Source: the human T2T-CHM13v2.0 reference genome, Homo sapiens. Taken from it: a stretch of DNA of 64,000 bases. Within the stretch, counting starts at the first letter, position 1, and each line of letters opens with the position of its first letter. Below, piece by piece: positions 12,790-28,835 of the stretch. Made by a program: the position numbers and the translations under genes. The DNA is taken from NCBI RefSeq assembly GCF_009914755.1, contig NC_060926.1. One strand, given 5' to 3'. A model generated the notes under the pieces. It searched no databases. It had not been told where the DNA came from and was given only the letters and a program-made list of their open reading frames with translations.

Positions 12790-15415
12790 AGGAGTAACAT
12801 CAGCAAAATGAAAAAGTTGTTAGTTCTAAGCTTCTGTTCCTCCACAGAAACATTTTTTTTTAAATAGCAAAAACAAACAGAAACAATGTTGTCAGACCTT
12901 GCAAAAACAGTCAAAAGTTTACAGCGACCAAGTAAACACAAAAGCAAGAAAAAGGAAATTTAAAAAATGATAGAAAAGTTTTGTGGCATTTTCAATACCC
13001 CCCTATTCTACACCCTTCCCAGCACAGTGCCCACTTTGCAGTGAACAGTCATTGTCCCCAGTGTGGGACTTTGGCTCCTGCTGAGCCAATTTTATTCACA
13101 AATGTTTGTCTGTTTTAACCATCTGAAGACTATCTGAAGAACTGATCCCAAGTGTTCTTTCTATTTCACTGAACACAGACTGCAGTCAGGTTGGAATAGC
13201 AGCAGCAGGCATTGTCCTAAAATACTATAAGGATAGCAACAACTTACAATCACCTAGAGGAAAATTATATTACAGTTGAGACATGCAATTGACTACCTAA
13301 ATCCTGGAATGAAAAGCTGTAGAGAATTTCTCTGGAAAAGTAGGACAGACAAAAGCACCCACCTACACTGGAGTATTTAGGCAGACATTTGCACACCTAA
13401 AACAAGATGCACACTCAGGGAAGAACTGAGAAGATTGTAAACTTTCACCTCTTGCTAATATAAAGGCCCAGTACAAGCCCGGATAACTGTGGAAGAAGTG
13501 CCCCTGCAGAGAGCTAATCTACATAGACTGGAAGAGGTTTGGTTTTTGGTTTTTGTTTTGTAACTACTGGCACTCAAGGAGATCTCTGACAAAACACTGG
13601 CTAAACACAACATAAATAATCAGAAACTTCAGTGATCACACTCAATGAGGAACACAGGCTTTGCAAAAATTGTTTTCAAAGGTCACTAAACAAATGGACA
13701 GATACAGATTTTACCAATCAAAACCCAGCAAACTTCAGGGAAGGATGAGAATCTAATTTCTAGAGTTACACCATTATATTATTCAAATGTCCAGTTTTGT
13801 TTTGTCTTTTTAAACAAATAATCATGAGGCATACAGAAAAAAAAAGAACAACAACAACAAAAACACCACACACAGGAAAGTATGCCCATCCAAAACAACT
13901 GAATTAATTGATAGAAAACATCCTTGAGGAATTCTAGATAGTGTACATAGCAAAGACTCTAAAACAACTGTCTTAAATGTGTTTTAAAAGCTAAAGAAGA
14001 ACTGGGCATGGTGGCTGACACCTTTAATCTCAGCACTTTGGAAGGCTGAGGTGGTTGAATCACCTCAGGAATTCAAGACCCACCTGGGCAATATGGCAAA
14101 ACCCCATCTCTACAAAAGATACAAAAATTACCTCAGTGTGGTGGCATGTGCCTATAGTCCCAGCTACTTGGGAAGCTAAGGTGGGTGGATGGCTTGAGCC
14201 CAAAACATGGAGGTTGCAGTGAGCTGAGTTTGTGTCACTGCACTCCAGCCTGAGTGACAGAGCCAGACCCTATCTCAAATAAAAATAAAAATAAACTAAA
14301 GGAAATCGTGAACAAAGAATCTAAGAAATCAGGAAAGAATATATGAACAAAATTAGAATCTCAAGAAAAAATAGAAATTATAAAATGAACCAAACAAAAG
14401 TTCTGGAGCTAACAAACACAAAAACTAAATTTATTACCGAGAATCAAGAGCAAATTTGAACAGGGAGAAGACAGAATTCATGAACTTTGAATGAGACGAT
14501 TGAAATTATCTAGTATGACAAACAGAAAGAAAAAGTAATTAAAGTAGAGAGAGCAAAATTACTTGTGGGTACCATCAAATGGATTGACAGTTACATTATG
14601 GAACTTCCAAAGGAAGAGAGGGAGAACAAGATGAAAAGAATAGTTGAAGGAAAAATGAGACAAACTTCCAAAATTTGACTACATCTTCATATCCAAAAAT
14701 CTCAACAAACTCTACGTAGGAAAAACTCAAAGAGATCCACACCAAGACATGTTATAATTAAACTGTCAAAAGACAAAGAGAATGTTAAAAGCAGCAAGGG
14801 AAAACTACTCATCATGGGAAAGCAGCAAGGGAATAACTACTCATCATTAGGTCCTCACTACGATTAACTGCCAATTACTCAATGGAAATCATTGAGCCAG
14901 AAACAGTGGGATGATATACTTAAAATACTGAAAGAAAAATAACTCTAAGCCAAGAATACTTTATCCAGTAAAATCCAGTAAAAATTATACTTTAAAAATA
15001 AGAAATTAATAAATTTCCAAATAAACAAAAGCTAAGAGAATTTGTTATAAATAGACCGATCCTTACAAGAATCCTAGAGTCCTTCAGTTTGAAATGAAAG
15101 CTATTAGACAGTAACTCAAAGTCTTTTGCAAAAGTAACTAGGGTAAGTACAAAAGCCAATATTACTGAATTTTTGGTTTGAAACTCTACTTTTATTTCCA
15201 CATGATTTAATAGACAAATGCATAAAAGTAATTATATATTTATGTTATTAAGTACAAAAATGTATTTTGCACAACAACATAAAATGAAGGGAAATAACTG
15301 TGTAGAACCAGAGTTTTATATGTTATTCTAATTAAATTTTTAAAATTTTAGAATATTAATCATAATCCCAATGGAACCTACAAGGAAAATAACTCAAAAA
15401 CATACACAAGAAAAT
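12790..15415 (+). mobile_element. Old L1M (L1M4/L1MC-like) 5'UTR, ORF1 and spacer, interrupted by AluJ
   Basis: Start ggagtaacatcagcaaaatg; ORF1-like gagatccacaccaagacatgttataattaaactgtc, gagccagaaacagtgggatgatata. Confidence 0.7.
14000..14293 (+). mobile_element. AluJ
   Basis: Diverged dimeric Alu with J diagnostics (ggatggcttgagccc, agaccctatctc). Confidence 0.9.
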
Positions 15416-16466
<1,051 letters not shown>

Positions 16467-17429
16467 ACCATGTCAAATGCTTTTCTGCATCTACTGAAAT
16501 AATCATATGATTTTTATTCTTCGTTCTGTTAATGCAAATCATTACATTGATTAATTTATGTATGTTGAATCAACCTTGTATTTCAGGGATAAATCCTACT
16601 TGATCATGGTGTATGATTCTTTCAATGCAGTTTGCTAGCATTTTGTTGAGAAATCTTGCGTCTATGCTCATCAGGGAAATTGGCCTGTATTTTTCTTTTC
16701 TTCTGGTGTCCTTATCTGGCTTTGCTGTGAGGGTAATGCTAGCTTCATGAAACGAGTTCTCTCTTATTTAATCTCTTGGAAGTTTGAGAGGTATTGGTGT
16801 TAGTTCTTTAAATGCTTGGTATAATTCATCTATAAAGCCATCTGGTCTTGAGCTTTTCTTAGGATTTTTGTTTTAAGTTTAGTTTCCTTATTCATTATTG
16901 GTCTGCTTAGATTTTCTATTTCTTCATGATTTAGTCTTTGTAGGTTGTATGTTTCTGGGAATTTATTCATTTCTTCTAGGTTAGCCAATTTGTTGGTGTA
17001 TGATTGTTCATGGTGGCCTTTTATAATCCTTTGCATTTCTATGTTATGAGCTATAATGTATCCTCTTTCATTTATTTGAGTCCTTTCCCTTATTTTCTTG
17101 GTGAATTTTTCTAAAAGTGTGTTGATTTCATTTGTCTTTTTAAAAACCAACTCAGTTTCATTGATCATTTCGACTGCCTTTCTAGTCTCTAGTTTATTCA
17201 TTTCTGCTCAAAATCTTTATTATTTCCTTTGTTCTGCTAACTTTGGGTTTAGTTTGTTCTTCTTTTTCTAGTTCGTTGAGGTGTAAAGTTATGTATTTGT
17301 GTTTTTGAATTTTTTTTCTTAAGTAGGAATTTATTGCTATAAATTTTCCTTTTAGAACTGCTTTTACAGCATCTCATAAGTTTTGGTGTGTTGTGTTTCC
17401 ATTTCCACTTGTGTAAAAATATTTTTTTA

Positions 17430-17700
17430 GGCCATGCACAGTAGCTCATGCCTGTAATCCCAGCACTTTGGGAGGCCGAGATGAGCACATCACTTGAGGT
17501 CAGGAGTTGGAAACCAGCCTGGCCAACGTGGCGAAATCCCGTCTCTACTAAAAATACAAAAATCAGCTGAGCATGGTGTCACATGCCAGTAATCCCAGCT
17601 ACTCAGGAGGCTGAGGCAGGAGAATTGCTTGAACCTAGGAGATGGAGGTTGTAGTGAGCCAAGATTGCACCACTGCATTCAGACTCCGTCACAAAAATAT
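17430..17700 (+). mobile_element. AluS with a small deletion near its 3' end
   Basis: Dimeric Alu; cactgcattc|agactccgtc lacks cctgggcgacagagcg. Confidence 0.9.
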
Positions 17701-18609
17701 ATATATATTTCTAACATGTATCTCTCACTTTTGAATTCTCTTTTGACTTGCTTGTTTAGGACTGCATTGTTTAATTTCCACATATGTGTGAATTTTCCAA
17801 AATTCCTTCTGTTATTGATTTCCAGTTTCATGCTATTGTAGTGATAAAAGATAATTAATATTATTTCAATCTTCTGTAGTTGGTTAAGGTTTATTCTGTG
17901 GTCCAAAATATAGTATATCTTGGAGAATTTTCTATGTGCACTTGAGTAGAATGTGTAATCTGTTGCTGGTTGGTGGAAAGTTCTGTGTATGTCTGTTAGA
18001 TACATTGGTCTCCAGTGGTATTCAGGTCCACTGTTTCCTCATTGATTCTGTCTGGATGATCTATTCATTGCTGAAAGTGGAGTACTGAAGTCCCACACTA
18101 TTGTTGTATTGCTATCTATTTCTCCTTTTAGTTCTGTTAATATTTCTTTATATATTTAGGTACTTCAATGTTGAGTGGATATATGTTTACTATTGTTTTA
18201 TTCTTTTGATGAATTGACCCTGTTATCATTATATAATGACATTATCTCTTATGACAGATTTGATTCAAAGTCTATTTTTTCTGACATAAATATTGCTTAC
18301 CCATTCTCTCTTTGTTTTCATTTGCATGGAATATTTTTTATTTCTCTTCACTTGCAGTCAATATGTCTTCTTAAGGCTAAATTGAGTCCCCAGCAGGAAT
18401 CATACTGTTTGATCTTGTTTTTTATTATCCATTCAGCCATGCTGTGTCCTTTGACTAGAGCATTTAATCCATTACATTTAAAGAAATTATTGATAGGTAA
18501 GAATTTACTATTGATATTATTTTCAATTGTTTTCTAATTGTTTTGTAGTTCCTTATTTCCTCTCTTTCTGATTTGCTTTGTGATTGGTTGATTTTCTGTA
18601 GTGGTATGC

Positions 18610-18749
18610 TTTTTTTTTTTTTCTTTAAGTTCTGGGATACATGTGCAGAACACGCAGGTTTGTTACATAGGTACACATGTGCCATGGTGGTTTGCTCCAC
18701 CTATCAACCCGTCATCTAGGTTTTAAGCCCCGCATGCATTAGGTATTTG
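18610..18749 (-). mobile_element. Very short L1PA (PA8A/PA10-like) 3' end
   Basis: Poly-T then taagttctgggatacatgtgcagaac...ttttaagccccgcatgcattaggtatttg. Confidence 0.85.
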
Positions 18750-19572
18750 ATTTCTTTTTCGTCATGTTTTGTGCACTGACTAGAGGTTTTTTGTGGTTAC
18801 CATGAATCTTATATAAAAATCTTATCATTATAACATTCTATTTTAAAGTGATAACTTCAATCACATACAAAAATTATACTTTACTTTTCTCAAACAATAA
18901 TTTTATGTGATTGACATCACACTTTATATCCTTTTATATTATGTCTACATTAACAAATTATTGTAGCTATAGTTATTTCTATTATATATGTCTTTTAAAT
19001 TTAATAGTAGAGTTAAAAGAGATTAAATACAACCACTACTATATTAGTGCATTCTGAATTTGACTATATATCTATCTTTACCTGTGTATATCTGTGTATA
19101 TATACTTTCATACATTTTCATGTTGCTGGTTTTTGTCTTTTTGTTTCAACTTGAAGAACCTCCTTTAGCATTTATTGTAAGGTAGGTCTTATGGTGATGA
19201 ATTCCCACATTTTTTTTGTCTGGGAATGTCTTTATCTCTTTCTTACTTCTGAAGGACAGTTTTTCGTAATATTGTTTCATAGTTATTTTTTCTTTCAGCA
19301 TTTTGAATATATAATCTCAGTGCCTCCTGGTCTATAAAATTTCCTCTGAGAAGTCCATTGATAGACTCATTGGGGTGCCCTCATATGTGAAGAGACTCTT
19401 TTACTAGTTTCAGGATTTCTCTTTGTCTTTAACTTTTGAGAATTTCATTATAATATGTCTTGGGATAATTTTGATTTTAACTTATTGTCATCCTTTGAGC
19501 TTCATAAGTCTGGATGTGCATATCTTTCACCTAATTTTGGAAGTTTTCAGTCATTTCTCTAAATAAGCTGCC

Positions 19573-19889
19573 TTTTTTTTTTTCTTTTTTTTTTAAAGAC
19601 ATACGTAACTCACTCTGTCACCCAGGCTGGAGTGCAGTGGCACATTGATAGTTCACTGCAACCTTGATCTCCTGGAGTCAAGAGATCATCCTACCTCAGC
19701 TTCCTGAATAGTGAGGACTACAGGTATGTATCATCACACCTGGCTGATTTTTTTTTTTTTTTTTTTTTTTGGAAGATGGTGGTCTTAGTATGTTGCCCAG
19801 GCTGGTTTTAAATTCCTATCCTCAAGCAAACCATCTGCTTTGCCTTCCCAAAGCACTGGGATGACAGACATGAGCCACTGAGCCCAGCC
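19573..19889 (-). mobile_element. AluJ
   Basis: Minus-strand Alu; 13-bp TSD ctctaaataagct at 19557-19569 and 19890-19902. Confidence 0.9.
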
Positions 19890-22800
19890 CTCTAAATAAG
19901 CTTTCTGTCTCATTTTCCCTTTCTTCTCATTCTAGAAATCCTATAATTCATATATTTCTATGCTTGATGGTGTCCCATAGGTCCCTTATGCTTTCTTCAA
20001 TCTTTTATTTTATTCCTCTAATTGGCTAATTTCAAATGACTAATCTTTGAGTTCCCTAATTCTGTTTTATAATTGAGTCTATCAAATTTTGCAGTTCTAT
20101 CATTATGTTCTTCGGCTCCAGGATTTTTGTTTGCTTCCTTTTTATGGATTCCATTTCTTTGTTAAACTTCTCATTTTGTTCATGCATTGCTTTCCTAATT
20201 TTGTTTCGTTTTCAGTATGTGTTCTCTTGAATCTCATTGAGCTTCAAGATGATTTTTTTGTCAGGCAATTTGTAGATCTCTATTTCTATAGGATTGATTA
20301 CTGGAGCCTTTCTAGTTTCATTTGGTTGTTTTATTGTCCATAAAGCCTCACATTATTGCCTGTGCAACTAAAGGAGCAAACACCTCTTTCAGTTTTTATA
20401 AGCTGGTTTTAGCATATAAAGACTTTCTCTTTTGGAGTCCTTGCAAAGACATGACTACCTTCAGGATCACAGATGAATGGGGTTGAAGCCAGGTCACCTA
20501 ACTGCTGCCGGGTTTGCAGTGGAGCCTGTAGTTGGCAGATCTATTACCAAGTGCTTGAATGGGCATGGATTCTATCTAGTCTCTTGGTGCACTTAACTGC
20601 CTCCACAGCCTTGGTCAGTAGGGGTTGCACCTGGACCAGCGTCTTATTCAGTGTCTGCCAACAGAAAGACTGTTACCAAATATACAGATGCTCAGATGGG
20701 TATCACTTCCTCTGGGTTTCGGGACGGCTTCCTGCTGTGTCACTGGTTAAATACCTGGGCAGGCAATACTGGCCCATGACTGCAACTGAGCTAGAATGGA
20801 GTTCTAGCTGGGAAAGAACTGAGTTACAGGGTTCTGTCAATTTCCACAGCTGAGACTCATGTCTGTAGGGTTGCCCCTAGGGGCACAGATGGATGTCTCT
20901 GTTTTCAGGCTCAACTCTTAATTAAAAGTTACTTCCAAAATTCAAAAAATCCATTAAAAACCAGGCTTTCTGGGCTGCTTTCAGACTGCAGCTGACAAGG
21001 ACTGGAGCCAGGTTCCATCTGAGGATCTGTTGTGAGACTGAGTTCAGCTGTTCTTCCAGTTGGGGGACAGATGTGTGTTTCTCTCCCTCAGTCCCTGGAC
21101 AGGCACAACTGCTCTCAGACCAGAACTGAGTGAGGTTAGAACTGAGTTACAAGGCTGTTTCAGGGTGCATAGCAGGTACCGAGGCCAGCAGGCCTGCTAT
21201 CCAAGGCATGAGTAGGCATGAATGCTGCTGGGTTCCTTGTCAGATGGTTCTGGCAATAGGACCCATGCCAAATGGAAATGAACTCAATCCACAAGGGAAT
21301 GGAGATATTTCGGGGTTTAGAGGCGGGACCACGGTTGGCAAGTCTGCAACCTGGGAATACTTCTGCCCTCTCAAATCAACCTTCCTAGGTCTTGGGTAGC
21401 AACAAGTTTTAGTAACTTCCTGCCTGAATCCCAAAGCTCCCACAAAGGCACTTTTGTTCGTGAATGGCTGCAAAACCAGTGTTTCTATGGAAAGAATATG
21501 AGCCAGAAGAACTCCTATTCTACCATCTTGCTGATGTCACTCTAGAAATAATCATTACTGTGCTCACTAACACTGTTCCCTTTTCAGTTTCTTGACCTCC
21601 ATAAATTTTCTGTCTCTTTTGAACTCTGTAAATAAAATTATTAATTCATTATATATATATCACTATTCTGTATTTAATAGCCTCCCATTTTCTGAGATTA
21701 ATTTCTCACATTATTTTTATTGACCTGGAGACTATGAATTAACAAAATGTTCAAAATAAAAGTTTAAAGAAAATTAGCACGCATATTTTCTTTTTTTTCT
21801 TTATCTTTCTAGAGATGTGTAATTCCTACATTACACAAAGAGAATTTGTAGGAGAAACCAGGAAAGGAAAACAGGAAGGAAAAGACTTTTCTGATAAATA
21901 CATGGTTTCATTTTCCTCTCCCTTCTTTGATGCAGAAGAGACCTTGATGTGTCCAAGAGTATATGAGGAGGTTAGATGTGCAGTCTCATTGACTGGAGAA
22001 GTGTCAGGAAGGAGGGGTTTATTTTTGCTTAGCTTTGCCCTGTATTCATTTTTCTTGTTGCATAAGCTTCTTATCGACATTAATTTTAGACTCCCAAGAT
22101 GTTTTGCATAACATAGAATTATAATCTAGTGTCTAAAATAGTTGCAAACCATAGTTTCAAATACATTAGGAAGATGAATCATTTCCTTAACATGAACCAC
22201 TGTGTTATTTGAAATGATTACTTACAAGGGAGAAGTGATACATAATTAAAGTATCATGTGACATACAAAAAAGAAATCAATGAAATTCAAACAATAAATG
22301 CTTCTTCTGTTTCTCGTGAAAGATAGATGAAATATGCAGCTCCTTCTCATATCCATTTTGAAATGAATGGGTCTTGAATACCATAACTATGTTATTTCAG
22401 TAGTAAGTAGAAATATTTCAGTATCAGAAGGGAAGAAATGAAATGAAATCAATCTACATCACTTTGGATTTTTAACTCCTCTAAAAACGTCTTACTGGGT
22501 ATACATTATTGTTGTCAAATCCATTTTAATTTGAATTTTACTGTGTTTGTGTATGTGTATGCATGCACTTACTTTTGTTTTTAACTCTCTTAAATAGCTT
22601 CAAAATGAAAGTTTTGTAACCAAATTTGAGCAGCAAAGAAAAAGGAGAAAGGGATCAAATATCTCTAACATATTCTACTTCATACAGTTCTTGGGTTTCT
22701 TTTTGCCAAGCTTTCACTCATAGCAGCTACACCAGTACCATCATGAATACTAATGAAATGTAATAGAAGGCATCAGTCATGATCCATCCAGGCTAGGGAC

Positions 22801-23859
22801 ATAACCATATACAAAGTGATAGTTCTTCCAGCTTAATGAAGCCTTCTTAAAGAAAAACTGTTTACATTCAAATTTGGATAAGCTATGAGAGCTTGTAAGC
22901 TATGAGAGCTAGACTGTACAGTTTTTAGGGGCAGGCATTGGTACAGGGAAACTCTATTATCTTCTTTATTTTCCTTCCAAAATTGTGCCTCATCAAAGTC
23001 CTGGGCATAAAATGTTTACTGAACAAAGTTTCAAAGAAATGCCATAGGAAATAAAGCTTAAAACTGTAGAAATCGAAAGTAAAAGATTTTAAACAGATAG
23101 ACAACAGTGTTTAGATAAGCAAATACTTTTTCTGCAATCCTTAAGGTTTGCTGCCAACCTATGGAGTTCAAATTAACATTTCTCTCAGAAGTAAGCCTCA
23201 TCTTTCTACTATCTTTTTAGACTATGTTTCTACATTCTATATATTCCTCCTTTCCAATAACAAGTCTCAGGAGTGGTTTTGGAACTCACTGATTTTTGGA
23301 TCAAGCTAATATAGGATGGCATTAATGTAAAGTAATGCTATTACTCAAATATCAGGGATACTATCGTGACAGCTATATCCCTGGAATCACTGAATAAGCT
23401 TACAAAACTTACTCTGCAAGAAGCTCCTGCTGAAACTTGAAAAGCATGTCAACAGAGGCTCCAAATGACAGAAAATTGCAATTTGTTATAACATTAAAAG
23501 AGAACTTATAACTTATTCTGACATATAATACTTCCCATAACCTGGTCAGGCCTCTTTTATTATTCAAGGTTTTCTAAAACCTCACTCTCATTATGAAGCT
23601 TTTCCAGACTCACTGCAAATAAAATTATCAGAGAAGAGACACATTCATATCTTACATGGCAATGTACTTGGCCACGAGTGCAAAGGTGCTTTGGCCTTGT
23701 ATAAATTTAGTTACTAAATTTGTTCCACATGCATGTAAGTTTTTGTTTAATTTTATTTTGTTTTCCTTACCATATATGATTTAAATTATGAACTTCTACA
23801 GTCAAAATAATTTTAACTAAATTTTTATATCTATCTTTGGGGAGGGAGTACAAAGAAGT

Positions 23860-24300
23860 ATACTAGTCAAATAATGTTGCAATATTGCTGCATGACAAAT
23901 AGCCAGAAAATCTCAGTGGTACCCAACTATGAGGATCTTATCTCACTCAGTCCAAATGTCAGCTAGCATGGTGCCACCTCAGCATATGCATCTTCAGAGT
24001 TGCTGAATTTTGTTTCTCCTGGTTCATGCTGGACCTAAGGCTGAAGAAACAGTAGCTACCTGGGGTACCTTCTTCTTATAGAGGAGATATGAAGGTCCCA
24101 GAGAGTGCAAGCCAAACTGTGTGATGTCTCTTAAGATCTATGCTTAATATTTGATCCCTACTGCATTCCTTCTGCACGTCCTACTGTAAAATCATGTCCC
24201 TTGACCTAACACAATTTCTATGGATTAGAGACATGTACTATTGACATGGAATGGGAAGATCACAAGAGGTGAATATACCCTGATAAATATTCTAAATATA
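23860..24300 (-). mobile_element. Old MLT1 (I/J/K-like) MaLR LTR
   Basis: gctgcatgacaaatagccagaaaatctcagtgg...ggacctaaggctgaagaaacagtagctacctgggg. Confidence 0.55.
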
Positions 24301-24339
24301 CCATAGTGTACCCTCTTATTTAAAAATGTTCACATCTCT

Positions 24340-24627
<288 letters not shown>

Positions 24628-25039
24628 TTAATTTATTAATTCATGTAAAACATAGAAAATGTGCAGCCATATAGGCTTATTTGCCTTCTTTTCCAGTCTT
24701 CTATGCTATAATTTTCCAGTCTTTTATGCTATAATTGTCATATGTATTACACATACATAAATTAAAATATATTATAATTTTTACATTAAAAAACTATATG
24801 TAAACACAATAAACAAAATAATCAAACAAAATAAAAAATTTGTCTTCTATGTTTCTCATATATCTTTCATTTCTAATCCTCCATATTTCTTCCTAAAATT
24901 CCATTTCTCCATCTGGTATCATTTTCCTTCAACCTGCAAGACTTTCTTGGTTTTGGCTTACCTGAAAATGGCTTTATTTTGCCTATGTTATTAAACAATG
25001 TTTCTGAATTTTGAAATTAACCCTTTATTTCTTGAATAA

Positions 25040-25590
25040 TTAGAGATGGGGAAGTCTTCTGGTAGGGTAGTTTTGAGGGAATAAATCAGGAGATTGATGT
25101 CGGGCATACTGAATTCAAGATACTAAAACCTCCAAGAAGATACATAAACCTGGTGTTTGAGAAAACAGTCAGAATTGGACATAAAGAATTATGGGTTGTC
25201 AACATATATTACAGATAGTATTTAGAGCTATGAGATGATAGGACTCACATCTAGGACTATCATCAAGGGAGTGAGTGTAGTTAATGAAGTGAAGGAGGCT
25301 CTGAACTGTGTCTTAGAGCACTCCAACAATGTGAAGCTAGAGAAGAGGAGGAAACAGCAACAGAAAGTGAGGAGCAACTAATGAGTTAGGAGAAAACAAA
25401 CCGTAGTGTATGGTTTTCTACAAGCTATATAAATAATGAAAATGAAGAAGGAAAAAACAATAATATCAAGGGCTACAGACTGGAAAGATTGGGACAGAAA
25501 ATTAACCATTAGAATTAATTGAACGCAGGTCACCGGCAACCTTGAAGTTTTGGTGAACTGGTGGAAGTAAAAGTGTGATTGGAGTGGGTC
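25040..25590 (-). mobile_element. L2 fragment
   Basis: aagggagtgagtgtag...agcactccaaca...gaagaggaggaaacagcaacagaaa, an L2 antisense pattern. Confidence 0.6.
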
Positions 25591-28500
25591 ATTAATTTTT
25601 AATAATGACAGTAGTGAATAGGTAAACATCCTATAGTGGTCACAAGAACATAATTGTGAATATAAATAACATTACATTCTTATTTATAACATTGTTTTAT
25701 GATTTTCACATTATCCTGTTGGATTTATACCCAATAAGCAACCACTACTTTTTTGAGAACTGCCCTCTACCCTAGCCCCTGAAAATATATTATATGAAAA
25801 TTCTCTCCCAGCTCTAATTGGTTTAACAAAATATATGACCCAACCCAACCCTATCACATCATCCTCCTATTAAATCTGAAATTGGTATTTGGAGACATTA
25901 ATTAGGTTACATTGGTTATTTGGACTCGGGAGTAGTCCTTAGAACTACATAGAATTGCTAGGTAGGAAAGAAAAAGGAAACATGCACCGTAGAAAGAGAG
26001 AAAGCTCTTATTTCCTAATGTATTTCTAGTTCCCAATTTTAGTTCCTAATGAACTTCAACTGTACTTTCTTTTCTCAGGTTTGATGAAGTATTCTTGTCT
26101 CCTTATGGTATAACTCCCTCTCTCTCTCTTTCTCTCTCTCTGCCCCTCATCTTGATTTCATTATTTGCAACCTAAAAATGTTTAGCAAAGCCACATTAAT
26201 AGAGAGATTTACAGTTTCCAATCCACTTTCACATGCAAATCTAATTTGATACTCACAAAATTCTCTGGTTTGAACTAGTAATTAAGTCACTCATTGAAAA
26301 CAGTACATCTGGTAAGTGGTGATTCCAGAGTTCTACAGAAGGAGCAAGTTCTTGCCAACATATGCATTGCTTCCTGAGTACGTTGGTGGAAAGGCCCAAA
26401 TATTCCAGGGTTCTATGTCTCCTAGAGGCACTGGTGACACATAGAAATGTGGCACTCTTATATCTTTAACATCATTCTATACAATTAGGTATATGTGCAA
26501 TATATGCCTCAGTTTATAAATATTTCCATTTCTTTAAGCCTTTTGGCAGCTACCTACGCCTGCAGCCAGAATATACCAAGGAGTTATTTCATTACAGATT
26601 ATTTTCCTTTCATATAAACAAATAGAGAGAAGGTCATAAATACTAAAAAGCATACAAAATAATAATTTATGATAAAAAATAAAACAGAGGATATTTATTT
26701 ACAGAGTATCGTGACCAAAGGTGCTCCCCAACCAGCTGATCTTAATACACCAATAGACAACGAAAAGCAGTGTCTTCCCTGTATTAGTCAGAGCCTTGAA
26801 CTTTAGTTCATTTTTCTTCCTAGTTTTTTTCCTCAGTGATCTCAGGTCAACAAGGAAGAGGGAAAAAGCAACTGTATCAACACCCTGGGGTCTTCTGACC
26901 TAAAGTCCAGTTTCGCACAGACGAGCCAGGGAAAACAATTGACATGTTCACATTCCCTTATTATCAATTTGATGAAATCCAATATAATCTATTTTAATCA
27001 CTAAGATAAATGCCGTATGCATGTTTATCACCAACAGAGTGTTTCTTATTTTGAAGACAATCTCTATTTTTTGAAAAATTAAACAGTTGGAAGCCAGATC
27101 TGACAGAGAAAGTCACAAACCAACTTGATAATGGCAAAATGACTGTGGCATTTTCTAGTGGATTTTACAGTTCCTTAAAGTGCTAATTTCCTAGAGAATA
27201 GTAAGACTAGAGGAGTAAAGAAATCATGTAGCTAGGTTTTAATTAGGAAATAAGTGTTAGTTTACTTACTCTCCAACTAGCTTAATTCTAATTTATTGAA
27301 GCATAATCTTTCCTATTTGCAAAATAATAGCACAAATATTTGTAAAAAAAATTCTTTTTATGATTTAACCAAACTACTGGAAGCAACACCCTATAATGTT
27401 CAAAGATATAAGAAAAAAATAACCCATGCCAATAAACTAGACAGAAAAAGCAAAATTGTGAATACATGTATGCATGTATGTGTGTGTGCATGTGCACGCA
27501 TGTGTGTGTGTAAATTCTAATTCAAGGAGGTACAACGCTTTGAACCTTCCTCAATTCTTGATACTTTAGAATAAATGAGTCTAAAATCATCACTATATTT
27601 TTTCACCCGAAGAAAGTATTTTAAATGGTATGTGTTACTATTAGGATTTATTTTACTAAAGACAAATATTTATAAGTAATACTGCAGTGTTTTTAGAATT
27701 TGACTTCACTTATTAGATTGTTTTGTTCCTGGGATACTCCCCCAATATGGTAGATACTACATTTAAACCAAAGTTTTGGTATTACTATATCATCACTTCT
27801 AATGAAATCATAGAACTTTAGAGGCAGAAGACATTTTGGAGAACATGTTGTCCAATTCATTCGTTATATAGGTAAAGATTCTATGATCTCTGCAGAGAGG
27901 TCATGTGACAACTCAAAGTTTTATAGATATTTAATGTTACTTCTAGATCTCCTACTTTTAGGTTCAACCTCCCTATGATTCCTTTTTATTTTCTGGGTGG
28001 TGTGCAGATACACTTGCGGCTCTTTTTATATCACTAAAATCACCTTTAAAAAAACTAATGCAATAAACGAGGTATGTAATTTCAGAATGCTTAGGTACAT
28101 TTTGGTTGAAATCAGGTCCTTAGAGAAACCTAGGAAAAGTGATGAAGGCAAAGGAACGCTTCTTAGGGATGAGTAGAGCAGAAAGTTGGCATTGCTGACT
28201 ATTCAGCATCAATTCACTTCCTTCGGTTTACACAGCACTGATCTTTCCCTGAATACCATCCAACTCTCACTCCCAACCAATTTCATGTACTTTGTGTAGA
28301 GTTAATTCCAATACTGGCTTCAGGGATGAGCATGTTGCTGAATCTACTAGAATTTTATAGTCATCAGCCATGGCTCTTTACTACAAAAGAGTATGTGACA
28401 CAATCGAGGCCAGAATAATAATTAGACATTTGTTTTGCTGGTTAGATTGGAGGCATGATCTCCTTTCCATTGAAACTACTAGAGTAAAGCCAATGGAGCA

Positions 28501-28835
28501 GAAGATAAAGAAAAAGAGATGAGGAAAATGAGACAAACTATAAGGTCAGAGCTAGAGTGTAGGAAAAAGAAAATAAACTCTATCTTCTCAATCTTTACTA
28601 ATACAGGAAATTCAGAGTTGATCCTGAAATTCACACAGCTAGCAATAACAAAGTTGATGTACTTTTTCCAAAAGTATGAAATAAGGATATTATTCACCAA
28701 TCAATGGTGCTTTGCTAGTTTAATGAAATCTGGGATGTTTATAATCACATCCATGAAATAGTTATTTCTTTCATACATTAAGTCTTATACAGTCTACTTC
28801 TTTTTACAGTTAGTTACACTGGTTACTGCTAGAAA

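Larger units (their letters stand above)
16468..21542 (-). mobile_element. Old L1M (L1M2/M3-like) 5'UTR, ORF1 and ORF2 up to early RT; 3' part missing
   Basis: Minus ORFs LTDIHRTFH...FYSSAHRKFSKI (EN) and NKLANLEEMNKF...RLNHEEIENL; 5' terminus gagtgacatcagcaagatgg on the minus strand at ~21542. Confidence 0.8.

Noticed and set aside
20473-21473. Cys/Trp-rich ORFs of 77-126 aa
   Set aside because: They lie in an old L1 5'UTR and show no recognisable domain.
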